From Kondoa subrosea (taxonomy: Eukaryota): a stretch of 64,000 nucleotides of DNA. A program made the translations under genes and the position numbers. The stretch spans positions 310,001 to 374,000 of the forward strand of contig BCIN01000006.1 of the NCBI GenBank assembly GCA_039545335.1, read 5' to 3'. Positions 1 through 12,489 of this stretch are shown here, piece after piece. Position 1 is the stretch's first letter, and the number at the start of each line of letters is the position of its first letter. The notes beneath the pieces were generated by a model. The model saw only the letters and a program-made list of their open reading frames with translations. It was not told the origin of the DNA and made no database searches.

Positions 1-59
1 GTTCTGCACATGCTGGTCCGAACGAAGGCAGAGGTTGATATGTCATTGACAACAAACAG

Positions 60-2453
60 ATATCAGTCCTTCTTTTCATCGTGGACTTGGTTTCGCTCCT
101 CCTAAAGATAAATCTGCTTCTACTACCAAATCGAACGGGTTCAATAGCCCTTATGAAAGACCTTTGCTTAAACCTGTTCTCTTCGTTCGTGGTAGTGCCC
201 AACCTTTGTTGACTGTTGATCCTCCACCGCAAGAGCGAATACAAGTATCTGAAGAGAAGGATGTGCAACATATCATTCTGCCACTTGCTCCTGCTCAAGA
301 AGAGCAAGAGATGGAAGCGGTGCCGGCACAGCCTACGGTAGACACTGCAATCATTGATGATACTCAAACGGAAGCAAAATCTTTTCCGCTCGATCCGGTC
401 GGAGAGCCTTCTCCTGTCATTGAAGCTGTCTCTGCCTCGCATACGCAACCCGAATTCGAAAGTGAAGGTACAGAAGTCAAGGAACCAGCACCTCTCTTCT
501 TCGTCGATTCAGAACCTTCTTCAACAGAACCGATCTTTACAACAAATACTTATCCCATTCTCGGATTGCAACCAGATTCTGATTCAGAAGAAGATGAAAT
601 TCTTTACATTCCTCCTTCTCGTCGTACACCAGCTGAATCACTTCCACCTCTTGAGTCCAATTCCCCACCACCATCCCTTCTTCCCATCTTACCTGATCAA
701 ATAAGTTTACCTCAAATTACTAATACTTCTGAATTACCTTCAATCATTCCTATTGAAGCTTTCGTACCACTTAAAGGAAAGAAAAAGAAACAAGCTAAAA
801 GAGAAGCTCGATCTAGGAGGAAAAGGGATCGTCGTTCTAATCTTTACAGAATGACTGATTTACCTTCTGATGCTGAAGAATTATCAGTTTCCTCCAATGA
901 AGAAATAGAAGAGGATGTGATTATTGGAAAAAAGAAAGGAGGTGGAGGAGGGAAATGGAAGAAGAAAGAAGATGCTGCTGTTGCTGATTATATTGCTAAT
1001 GCTATGCAAGATTTGGAAGAAGGCGGAGAAGAAGGAATGACTTCTTTTGAAGCTTCTATCATGTTCAGATCCGGAAGAGGACAAGGTCAAATGACTTTGG
1101 GCGATTTGGAAGATGAAAGAGCTTTGAGAGAGTATGAAGTTGAGAGAGAGATGATGGGTAATGGTGGATGGGAAACAGAAGAAGAAGAAGAAGAAGAAGA
1201 AGAAGAAGGAGATGAGTTGGAGATCGCTTTGGAAGAAATGGATATCCTTGGTGAAAGCAGCGGAAGCGAGGATAGCTTGGACGAAGAGGTACTTCAAAAT
1301 GAAGAGCAAGATAGTAGTGAAGAAGATAGCTCAGACGACGAGATGTTTACTGGCAAAAACCAATGGGCTATGGAACTTGATGATGAGATTGATGTGGGTC
1401 CTCGCTACCTAGTCAGAGTATGGCGTCGTACTGATAATCTATAACAGCGCATTCTGGGAGAAGATCCTGATCTTCTCACTTCCAACGGAAACCGCAAGAA
1501 GAGGAAACAACTATTCAAAGCTGTCACGAATGGAGACTTCTCGATGTTTGATGACGATGATCCAATTTTTGCTCCAGGTCGGTCATTGAGCTGTTTTATT
1601 TTGATGCACATGCTCAATCCTTCCTCATCGGTAGCTTCTTCAAGGAAAGGCAAAGGCAAGAAGAGGGCAACCATGTTTGATTCGGACGATGAATTTATGG
1701 AAGAACTGCAACAACAATGGGAACAAGATCGTCAGCGAAAGTCTTTGCGCAAGAAAGACCGTTTAGCAGCTCGCTTAGCACAAAACCCAACGAAAGCTAA
1801 CAAGAAGAAAGCCAAACGAGCTGGCGTGGAAGTTCGACCTACCTCTTCTGTCAATTTGCGCATCATCCATTCTGATATTGTTGCTTTCCTCCAACGACCT
1901 GATATTCCTTCACTTTCACTGCCACCGATGTCGAAACGGGATCGAGTTGCAGTTCATCTCTTAGCAGAAGCTTATTCCCTAGCTAGCAACAGCAAAGGAT
2001 CCGGTCACAAGCGTTTCCCTGTCTTGCAGAGGACTGCTCGGTCAACTCTTTATGGCGTGGACAAAGCACATATCAATCGAATTATCGGTGCCGCAGAAAA
2101 TGATCCCGAATTGGTCAATTCCCTGCGAGGCGGTAAAGGTAGAAAGGGAGCCTTGCTGAAAGAATTAGGTGGATTTAAAGTGAACAAAGACCGAACTTTG
2201 GCTGGTAGTAGCAAGAAACGAGCCGGTGAAGTTATTGGTCATGGAGCTGCCAAATTAGCTGATGACAATATTGGCGTGAGCATTCTCTTTCTTTGTGCTC
2301 ATCCAGGCAGACACTAATTATGTTTTGCAGTTCAAGCTACTTGCAAAGATGGGTTGGACGGAGAACACAGGTGTCGGTTTAACCGCTGGACGACATGAAC
2401 CGCTACAGACTGTGATGAAAGTAGGCAGAGGCGGCTTAGGAGCTACTTATTAG
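60..2453 (+). CDS. SQS1: R3H- and G-patch-domain protein (Sqs1/Pfa1-like), 5'-partial, multi-exon
   Basis: Acidic low-complexity N-half. R3H-like LPPMSKRDRVAVHLLAEAYSLASNSKGSG. The terminal exon after intron 2276-2330 encodes a G-patch (NIG|FKLLAKMGWTENTGVG...GRGGLG). Stop TAG 2451-2453. Confidence 0.85.
1178..1207 (+). repeat. (GAA)10 microsatellite encoding poly-Glu
   Basis: Read directly; in frame in the first gene. Confidence 0.95.
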
Positions 2454-2686
2454 CTGTATTGTTGAGCCCTTCTGCTCTTGGCGTGTTGTAACTGAATACT
2501 AGCCGCCCACTTCGCGTGACTGAAACAGAGTTGTTATTCTTGTCTTTTTACGTCGTCAAGGGTTTTCCCTGAACTTATTCGAGCTTCTTGAAGTCCACGA
2601 GTGCTTTCGCAGCTTATTCTGTTCTCCGCGAGAGGCCTGAGCAGTGATATCACCATTGGCCGAATATAAGACTAGAACGGAAAAAA

Positions 2687-5600
2687 ATGACTTCTTCAGG
2701 ATCAGCCTACAATTCTTCGAGCTACGCTGTGCGGAATACAATCTGCTTCAGTGGGCCTACAAGCTTATCTCTATGCACAGGCTGTCAAGAGTGATTCGCC
2801 CAACATGAATGGAAGCAGCTACCCTCATTTCGGAGGACACTCGCAGCCTTATAGCCCTTCTCATCATACTCTTCCAAGCGATAGATCTACGCTTATGCGG
2901 CCAAGCGAAGATCATGGACCATATGGAGGCATGTCTCAAGATTTGGGAGATCTGCGCAGTGTGTCCAGTCGAACGAATCTTACTGGTCTACCAGCAGCTC
3001 AAGACTTCGCTTATGCTGGTTCGCAACCTGATCTTGTTAAACCTGGCATGCGAACTGCTTCGAGACATGTTCATATCTCCGAAAAGACGGGTGCTCCTTC
3101 AGAATCTATTCGACCTCCAATGTCAACTCAGAACAGCAGCTATATGGATTCTCGAGGTCGAAGTGCTTCCAAAGGTGGTAAAGGACCTTATGGGACATTA
3201 GCGGGAGAAGCAAGAGATTCAACAGATCAACTCACTTTTGCTCATGGCGATTATGCTACTAGTAAAGCTGGTCGGATATACCTCAAGTTGATTTCTTCAA
3301 ATATCGTTGTTCGATGGGCTTTCTTCATTCTACCTATCCTTGCACTATTATGGATTCCGGGAATAGTTGGAGTTACTTCGAATCCTGATGCAAAAGTATG
3401 GGGATGCAAGCTGATATGGTGGTCTATCTGTATGCTTTCTGCACCTTCTCTCTGATCTCAGGCGTTATTACTTACCTGTTTCCTTTAGATCTCACTGTTC
3501 TTTGGGCTGGATGGTTTGTGGAAATCATAGTGTCTTCCAGCAAAGCTCATCCCAGCTAATAGGTGGGCCGCGTTGGCCGTGGCCATGCTTGCGCCTCATG
3601 TACTACACCACACTGTTGGCGTTGTCGCACCCGAACTCAAGCATTATATTGCCTATTTGAGCAATGTCAAGCGATACGCTGCTTGCGCCGGATGGGGTAA
3701 ATTAACGATTCTAACATTTACACTTTGCTGACTGATGTACTTTCAGCACTCACCAATTGGATTCTTTTCAATCAGCTTGTACTGAAGAATGGTCCTGCAG
3801 ATCGCTCTAAAGGCGATGGTCATATACTGAGCGAGATCACTCAAGCTTGGTTCGTATTATACTGTATTAAGTAGGTGACGCTGACTCCTTTCTTTAGGTT
3901 CGGTATTTTTGCCAGTGCTTGCATTCTGTTGGGTGAAAAGCTCGTTATCCAAGTTATTGCTCGCAACTTTCACAAGAAATCTTATGAAGATCGGATCATG
4001 GTACAGAAGCAACAACTCAAGAGTCTTACCGTCCTTTACGTCAACTCACGCGATCTAGGAAGAAGTGATACACTCGATGGAGCAGGAGGTCGATCTGGTT
4101 CACCAAACCCTTCGAAAATCTTCAAGAGCGCAATTAAAGGAGTCAAGAAAGTCGCTCAAACTGGTGCTACCGCTCTTGGAACAGTTGCCAGTGAAATTAG
4201 CGGAGAAAGAGTTTTACAACCCAATTCTCCAGCTTCAATGGTCACTAATGCTATTTCCTCGGCAAACAAATCCAGACATTTGGCAAGAAGGATCTTCTGG
4301 TCTTTTGTTCCTCGAGGTCGCGATTACTTGCAATTGAATGACATCCTCTCCATTTTCCCTACAAGAGAAGATGCGGAGAAAGCCTTCTCTATGTTTGATG
4401 CGGATGAGAATGGTGATGCGAGTTTGGAAGAATGCGAGATGGCTTGTATGGACGTACATCGAGAACGTTTGGCTTTGGCCAGCAGTATGCGGGATTTGGA
4501 TTCTGCTGTTGGGAGATTAGATTCGATTTTGATGTCATTGTGGTAGTAAGTAAATACTACTCTGCAAATGTACCAGCTGATTCAAAGATAGTGTGATCGC
4601 ATTGATCATCATCGTCGGCTTGATCTCGGTCTCGTTTAATACTTTCATCGCTTCTGCTGGTACTCTCGTACTTGGCTTGTCTTGGCTTATTGGTACAAGT
4701 GCGTAAATCATAGGGCTAACGCAAATTCATTTGCTAAGCCATCTTTGATATCGCACAGCTGCTCAAGAAATTCTGGCTTCCATTATATTCCTCTTTGTTA
4801 AGCATGCTTACGATGTTGGTGATCGAGTCGATATTGACGACAAGAAGTCAGTCCGTTGCCAAGGTCAGGCGATTTGCACTGACCAGATATCAGATATGTT
4901 GTTAAAGAAATGCGTATGCCTTTTATTGATCTGCCTGCTATTGTGGCTGAATCGGCTCCACGGTACACAGATCTGCTCTCCACTGTGTTTAGAGGTGTCG
5001 ATGGCAAGATTACGCAAGTACCACATTCTTTGCTCAATACCAAGGTCATCACTAAGTAAGTCTGCCCGACAACGTGTTCATACCAGCTGATCATGTACAG
5101 TATTCGACGATCTGGTGCGACCAGCGAAACTTTCAAGTTTGATGTAGACTATTCTACTACCTTTGAGAAGATCGAAGCTTTGCGAGAAAAGATGCTTGAC
5201 TTTCTGGATAGAGAATCAAGAGACTTTACTGGCAGCTTTGATGTTGTTGTTGATGGTCAGTCATAACTCTAAGTCAATTTTATTTGAGGCTGATGCTCCG
5301 GACAGATATTGAGGGTCAAAGCAAAATGACTTTGTGCGTGAAAAGCAAACGTGTGCTGTACACACCTAATGTTCATTGAAACTCTCACAGGAGCGCTGAC
5401 ATCAAGTTCAAGTCAAATTGGCAAAACGGAGCATTGAAAGCTCAGCGGAGAAACAAGTAAGTTTGCGTTCCGAAAATTTCAACGATACTGACCAAATGCA
5501 TAGATGGGTCTGCGCGCTCAAACTAGCCATGGCTTCGCTGGAAATTTATGGTCCTGCAGGAGCTGGTAATCCCAGTCCTGCTCCACCTGATCCAACTGGT

Positions 5601-6050
5601 AAGTTCCATTCAACATACACTGATCGGCCATTAATGGCCAACTACAGTCATCAAAATGCTCGAACCATCACCACCCTACAGATCTCAAACCTCTTCGCAG
5701 ACTTCGAGTCATCCTGACGATACAGCTGGCATACAAGAGACAGTTTCACTCCGGTCGCCTGGTCCTGCAGAAGAAACTCTACCAAACCTTTTCTCGAATA
5801 GCGAGATCATCAATGATTCTCGATCGTATGTCTGAATGTTCCTTAGCTATACATTAGCTGATGGAGCAATCGGTCTTACAGTAACGTTTTTGACGGTCGA
5901 AGTGGTCGCAAGCCAGAATTAGATGAAAGCAATATTGCAGAAGCCCGAGCGCAGCAGCAGGCAGCAATAATGCGAGAACGCTATGTCAATCAAGGTCAAG
6001 CTTCATCAAGGACTCAAGCGACCGACATCGAAATGCAGCCAAGGCGCTGA
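2687..6050 (+). CDS. MscS-family mechanosensitive ion channel with EF-hand (Msy1/Msy2-like), multi-exon
   Basis: Motifs IQVIARNFHKKSYEDRI, EF-hand AFSMFDADENGDASLEE and SIIFLFVKHAYDVGDRVDI; several hydrophobic TM exons. Confidence 0.92.
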
Positions 6051-6213
6051 ACGAAAAACGGACAATCTTCTTTAAATGGTAGAAATGTGCATTCTGACAT
6101 TTTCCTTCATACTAGCATAGCATTGCGTTTAGTGGTGCCGGACGCCATGCGCCTCTTTCTTACATACAAAATACATAGATATTATTACAGTTCTAGTGTT
6201 AATACATTGCATG

Positions 6214-7411
6214 TCATTCATTCATTCCTTCTGATACATCACAGTATCTGCGGTACATGTCAGCATCCCAGCGTTCCGCATGAGGAGAAAGAGGACAGAC
6301 CTGCAGTTCATCATCTAGATCAAATTGCTCTGCTTCCGTCGGCGTAGGTGGAAGAACCGCAGCTATCGCTTGTTCTACGTCCTTCTTCTTGTTCAAGGTC
6401 TTCTCCAACGCTTCTAATCGTTTCGCTCTAGCTATAAGCAATCGATTTCCCTTGACTAGATCCAAATCTGAGTAATCTGGTATTTTCCCAGGCGAAGAAG
6501 GAGAAGGTAAAGCTCGGGCGATTTGGTCATCCAGTTCTAATAGTTTGGTCTTGATAGTTTGCAATTCTTCGGCTGTTTGTAATGCTTTGACGGCTTGAGT
6601 GGCTACGTTCTCGATATGCGTAAAGCGGACTGGACCAAGCATGGTTCCTGTCAACATTACAATCATGGGACTCGGTCATACGAGAGACCAAGATCGTGTT
6701 GCTGACCTCCGTACCAACGAGACATTACTCTGTTCCTCAAGAAATGAGCATATTCAAGCGGAAAAGCAAAGAAAGCAGAGAGGCAAGCTCACACAGCTAC
6801 ATCAATCGCGCTCTGTTTCTCCAAAGCTTTGAGCATGGTTTCGCCAGCTTTGTTTTCTCCATCATCATCCCTTCCATCTCTTACTTCGAAATCATCTTCA
6901 TCCTATTTTATATTAAATTCAACTCCAAGTAACATAGAGAAAGAGAAAGGGATGGAAAAGTGTTGATAACATACTTTGAGACCCGTTCGACCTTTTCTCA
7001 AAGCCATAACTCGCCATGCTAAACATTCGTGTGATGCAGGATCTTCTAAATCTGTCATGACGGATCTAAACATTAGTGCTTGTTTACTGATTGCTTCGCC
7101 TCAGAGACATACGTAATTCTTTGATATGGGATTGGAAAACTTGAGCTTGAGCAGCAGAAGTGACCGTAGCAGCTATATACAAGTATGTGGGAACAAAACG
7201 CTTGAAACGGTAAAATGATTACAAGATTGAACGGACCATGACAAATGAAAGTAGAATCCCTATCGTTGATCTCTTGTGAGTGATAGATGTGCTTAGGTAC
7301 TTCAGGTTTAGGAACAGAAAGCCAAGTGTTGAGAGTAGCGCTACTACTATCTTGTTTCAATTTCTTGTTGCTACTCGTACTGGAGTTTGATGGAGCAGAG
7401 CGTTTACTCAT
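6214..7411 (-). CDS. IMPACT/UPF0029 (Yih1-like) family protein, multi-exon; 3' end approximate
   Basis: Motifs SQEINDRDSTFICH, DDGENKAGETML and VMSRWYGG|TMLGPVRFTHI. Confidence 0.85.
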
Positions 7412-7458
7412 CCCTTATATATTCACAGAAAGTAAATAAAGATGAGTCGCTTGATTTT

Positions 7459-10455
7459 CGGGCAACGTAAAGTCCAAGTTTTGCTCCAAGTTGAAACTCC
7501 AAGTATGCTATGTAACATAGCATACTTGGAGTACTTGGACATGCGGTGTTCCAAGTGCTCCAAGTTCGTCCAAGTCTGCGTCCAAATCTTGCCTAGTGGA
7601 CTTCTCGTGCCCTGCTGAGGCTTTCCTTGACCCCTCTGTGCATCATTTCCAACAAACTTGGATGTTTCTTTAGCTCTGTGCTATATCATTTCTTCTTCTA
7701 GTTCTATGTACTTCAATTATCTCCATTAGCACCTGCTATCCCTCTTGATCTGCAGTANTATCTTGCGTCGTAAATCTCCTGAGTCTGCATTGCATGCAAG
7801 AAATGCAAGCTACGCTAGCTCTGCTGATTTTCCTGTGTTATTGAGATTGCTCCAGGCAGTCTCCTTGCACGACGGCAGGACCCGAGATGTCCTTTTGTAT
7901 TGTTTTCTGCTGAAATNGCCGTCTTCTGCTGTTGTAGTACATTTTGTGTCTCTGAGCGAGCCGATAGCCCTCTGACCGAGTATTATTAGTGCACAGTCCC
8001 AGAAGTACAGTCATAGATCATAGAGAAAGGAAGCTGAAGCCTGACAAAAATGTGCATACCGTGAAAGGAATTCGATCGTTACTATGACAGAAAAGACCGC
8101 GCGGCGCTCTGCCAGCACTGACTAAGTCAATACATCGTTCATCTACTTGGACTTTGTGGAGTGGGTGGCAGAAGCTGACACCTCGGTGGCTTTGCGTAAA
8201 AGCGAGATATATGCGCGAGAGTGCCCAGGATGTGCAGAGCTCAGGTTTCAGACCTCTGACCTGACCGATGGATGAATACACACAATCGCAACTATCTAGC
8301 CAACTCGAGCCAAGTCGTTGAGCAGTGCACATGAATCCACCCGAGATTTCGCTGAAAGCGAGACAGCATATACAGCAGGAAACTAGAAGCAAGCTGATCT
8401 GTCATACAGGTAGCTTATAGGAGGTAAAAAGGTGCTAGACTGGGATAGCACGAAGGACGGTCGCAGACAGCGGTCAAGCGAAAGAGAAAGAAAAGGAATG
8501 AAACACTTAATTATCTTCAGTATCGAATGAACGCTAAGCTGGAAGAAAGACAATATGACAGTTTGATCGCGAGTCGACCAGAAGATACTGCGAACACCAG
8601 AGAGTCACTCTTCAGGTGACTATCTAGAGAAATATCTTGTATGGCAGTGCAGCAGAAGCTGCGTTCCCTCCAAGAGACAAGAGAAGTTCTATCAATCAGG
8701 TAGTGGTGCTTCAGGATAGTGGAATAAGACGGATTGTTGCTTTGATATTTCGAGGCTCGATAAATCAAAAGCATATGTCCGCCAATAACATCGCGACGTC
8801 AAAAACAGACGAGAACTTGCAACTAGGAATTGTGTCCGGGCAGAGCAGCATCTGGCGCGGAAGAAAAAGAGGCTGAAGATTGTAATGCTGATGTACGACA
8901 TACCTCGATTTCACTATCACAGAACTGAAACTTGATAGATTTGACAACTGCTGCGCACTGCGGAGCAATCACCGAGCAAAAGAGAGTCAATACTCATGTT
9001 GGACTGCTTCGGGCTGATGTATATGTATGTAGACACAAATCCTGAAAGATATAATAGATCGATTCAGCTGAAATAAACCATTTGCTATGCTCGGCTGAGC
9101 GCACTTACGTCCATTGCAATAGATAGTGTGATAATTGCGTACAATGACCCATGCATTGATTGAAAAATTCGGCAGCAGTACCTGAAGCGGAATACTAAAA
9201 GCATACACAATGATGCATCAAATCATCTGCATGTCTCGCAGATGTCAAGAAGATCAGACTTACAATGCTTTGACCGGAGATACAAGCATTTTATAAGGGT
9301 ACTTGGGCGAAACTTGGACTCCTTGGAGCAAGTGAGCATGACTATTTCGGAGTTCAGAGTTTTAGTCACCACTATTCTCATGCTGGGCGTTACTGCAAGG
9401 CCCGATACAGGTATTGAGCAGGTTCGAGGGGTCTTCGTAGCTTTAGCGTTCGGTTTGTTGTTTCCGAAATACGGTAACGAGATACAGACTGTCGCGCTTG
9501 AGATGATCATGCATATGCTACTGATCAAGGGAAAGACTTTACTGATGAGCTTGAGCATGCGACATCAAGATCTTACTTACATAAGTTGTTTGCTGTTGAG
9601 GATGAAATTTCCTAGACAATACTGACAATCAGCTTGTGGTAGATTTATCTTCAGAGATCTCTAGAGAGCCAAAGTGCCATCACACAAGGCGTTATTGCCT
9701 GAGAATCACGAACACCGATTAATACATCCGCTACACAAGAAGGATAACTTACCCTTTGACCTACTCGGGATAACAGCGGTTGATCTATCAGATATTAATG
9801 AGACCGCACGAGTGCTGTCAAGATAATCTGACGTAAAGCAGCTCTGAGATATAGATAAATAGCGAAAGACAATAAGTGTTCAGCTGCGTTTCGATATTAG
9901 ATCTGATCTATCGTTCTCATGGAATACTCACTCAGCACAGTCTCTCTGTTCTCATTCATGAACAGCCTTTGTCCAAGTCCAGGACCAGAAGCCCTCGTTG
10001 CGTACATGATCATTCAACACATTGTCAGGAAGCTTTGAAACGAGGCAAGAATAGATTTTGTGTTCAGTGGATACCTTTCATTACTACAGCAGAGAGGATA
10101 GTAGGCACAGCCGTACTACAAGGATGTAAGTCGCGTAACACACAGGATTGGGTTGCATCGGGTTCAATGAAAACAAATGACAACAGGCAGCGTTGCAACG
10201 CGGAAGACGATTAGTCTAATGACCAATTGTGCTGTAGTAGATAGTAGTAGAGAAGTGGAGCGATGAATGAGCAAGTCCTCCAAAATGGAAACAAAAAGGT
10301 CACAAAGATGCCGTCGCAAGCAAAGGACTGGACGGGCGCCAGACTGTTGCGCTGGTGTCGTAGATGGAATATTGAGCCACTGCGCGAATGCACTTGGGTG
10401 GTACAAGTCCAAGTTATGCTACTTGGACTTGGACACTTGGAGTTTCTCAGCCCCG
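7459..10455 (+). mobile_element. Decayed TIR DNA transposon (~3.0 kb), probably hAT-like transposase remnant
   Basis: Flanked by the direct repeat CTTGATTTT (7450-7458; 10456-10464). Ends CGGG...CCCG with in-register AAA(G/C)TCCAAGT. Clusters of CCAAGT/ACTTGG at both ends. No intact ORF; DRWMNTHNRNYLA at 8263 resembles the hAT DxWT...YL motif. Confidence 0.72.
7496..7532. repeat. Perfect inverted repeat, 18-bp arms with 1-nt spacer
   Basis: ACTCCAAGTATGCTATGT-A-ACATAGCATACTTGGAGT. Confidence 0.95.
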
Positions 10456-10539
10456 CTTGATTTTGACAGCGAAGCAGGAAAAGGCACAGATTCAGTGCGA
10501 ATAGAAGAGACAGACAGAAGACAGAGAGATAGAGAAGGA

Positions 10540-12386
10540 ATGAGCAGTCGACCGCTTCGAATAGGGTGCGTTGAGGAAGACAGAGAACACCATTTCAAGA
10601 ATTGTTCAAGGAGCTGATGTGATGGACCGACAGCTTCATACACCCTAATCTGGGCATTGGAGGAGCTGAGAAACTCATCGTCGACGCCGCTGTTGGATTA
10701 CAGAAGCTCGGTCATACTATTGAAATCTACACTTCGCATCACGACAAGTCGAGGTGTTTCGAGGAAACTAGGGATGGTCCGTATGGTTGCATTGCGTTGT
10801 CACATAAGCTGACTCAGCAATGCGCATTGGACAGGCACTCTATCGGTCCACGAGCTTGGAAGCAGCATCGTACCTCAATCGCTTGGAGGTAGTTTCATGA
10901 TCGTGTGCGCTATCCTACGTCAATTCCACTTAGTCTTCACTCTCCTCTTCTCCATCTTCCTCTACACTTTTCTTCCCTTTCTCGCTTTCTCGTCAAAGAA
11001 ACCTTACAAAGATTCGCACGATTGGTCAATCTTTAGAACGACGGAACCTTTCGATGTCTTCTTTGTAGATCAATTATCAGCTGGAATACCTCTCTTAAGA
11101 TGGTTAGGCAATACAAGGGTGGTCTTCTATTGTCATTTTCCTGACTTACTCCTCTCGCCAAACAAGGACAAATCAAAACCTGGTAGTTTGCTTCGGTCTC
11201 TGTATCGTATACCGATCGATAGTCTAGAAGAGAGTTCAACAGGTAAGTATTGTTATAATGCTTGCGTAGAAATTATGTTAATGTGGTGAAAACAGGTGAA
11301 GCGGATTGTATTCTCGTCAACTCTTTCTTTACCGCTCAAGTCTTTAGAGATACTTTCACTACTCTCAGAAGAACGACCCAAGTTGTATACCCTGGTATCA
11401 ATGTAGCCGACTATCAAGCTACTTCAGATCCAGCTAGCGTAAAAGATTTATCTGATGTTATTGGGTGAGTTGCTGCAGGCTCTTAGCTGTGTATCAGCTT
11501 AGAGATCTTGCTTAACTTACAGTGATCGACCTTTCTTTGTCTCTATCAATCGATTTCAAATGTACAAGAATGCCGTTCTCGCTATCAAAGCATTCGCGAA
11601 AGTCTATGCCAAAGCAGACAATAGCTCTAAGCCGTTACTGATCATCGCAGGTGAGTCTTCATATCTTTCATCATCTCATTTTGCTGATCTATCACAGGCG
11701 GCTACGATGCTCGACTGCCAGAAAACATCAATACCTTGACTTACCTACAAAAGATCTCAACTTCCCTTTCCTTACCTTACGCAACTTTAGATTCCTCCTC
11801 AGCATCAACCTCTGCAATCCTCTTCCTTCCAAACTTGTCAAACGCACATAAACTTTTCCTCTTACATCACTCTAAGAATTTATCTTTACTCTATACTCCT
11901 TCCAACGAACATTTCGGTATCGTGCCATTAGAAGCAATGGTTTGTTCTTTACCAGTTATCGCAATTAATAATGGTGGACCTTTGGAAACTGTTGTTGATG
12001 GTCAAACTGGATTCTTAGTTTCATCAAACACTGAAGAATGGACTGAAAAAATGTCTGAATTATTGTTTGATTATTCTGAAGAGCAAAGACAAAATTTAGG
12101 GAAAAATGGTAGGAAAAGAGTTGAAGAAGAATTCAGTTTGGAGAAAATGGCAGAGAAATTGGAAATTGTTTTGTTGGAAACGAGTGAGGCTAAAGGCAAG
12201 AAAGCAATTTTCGCAGAGAATGGTAGTATTAAAGCTGCTACTGCTTTGGCTTGCACGGTTATGGCTATCTTTATGTTGGTTTGGGTCTTTAGGAATGGTG
12301 CTGGTCATGGAGATCGCAGTACTGTTACGGAATCGATGTTTGGCGATATATTGAAGAAGCAAAGGAGAAGGGCTGCTGGGTTCTAG
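10540..12386 (+). CDS. ALG2: Alpha-1,3/1,6-mannosyltransferase (GT4), multi-exon
   Basis: Motifs FIHPNLGIGGAEKLIVDAA, SHHDKSRCFEETRDG, FYCHFPDLLL and YTPSNEHFGIVPLEAM; C-terminal TM segment. Confidence 0.95.
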
Positions 12387-12489
12387 ATGGCCAGATGATG
12401 GTGAAATTACAATTCGCAAAATGAATAAAAGTAGCTTAATATGCAAGGATATTCCTTATGTACACCTCTTGCTGATGTTGCGCATACTC

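Noticed and set aside
7470..7590. Short repeats as a CRISPR-like array
   Set aside because: Hexamers occur in both orientations with irregular short spacing, in a eukaryotic context with no cas genes; they fit transposon subterminal repeats.
10664..10676. GCTGAGAAACTC in the ALG2 exon matching the transposon right end in inverted orientation
   Set aside because: Only 12 nt long and it encodes the conserved AEKL; probably chance.
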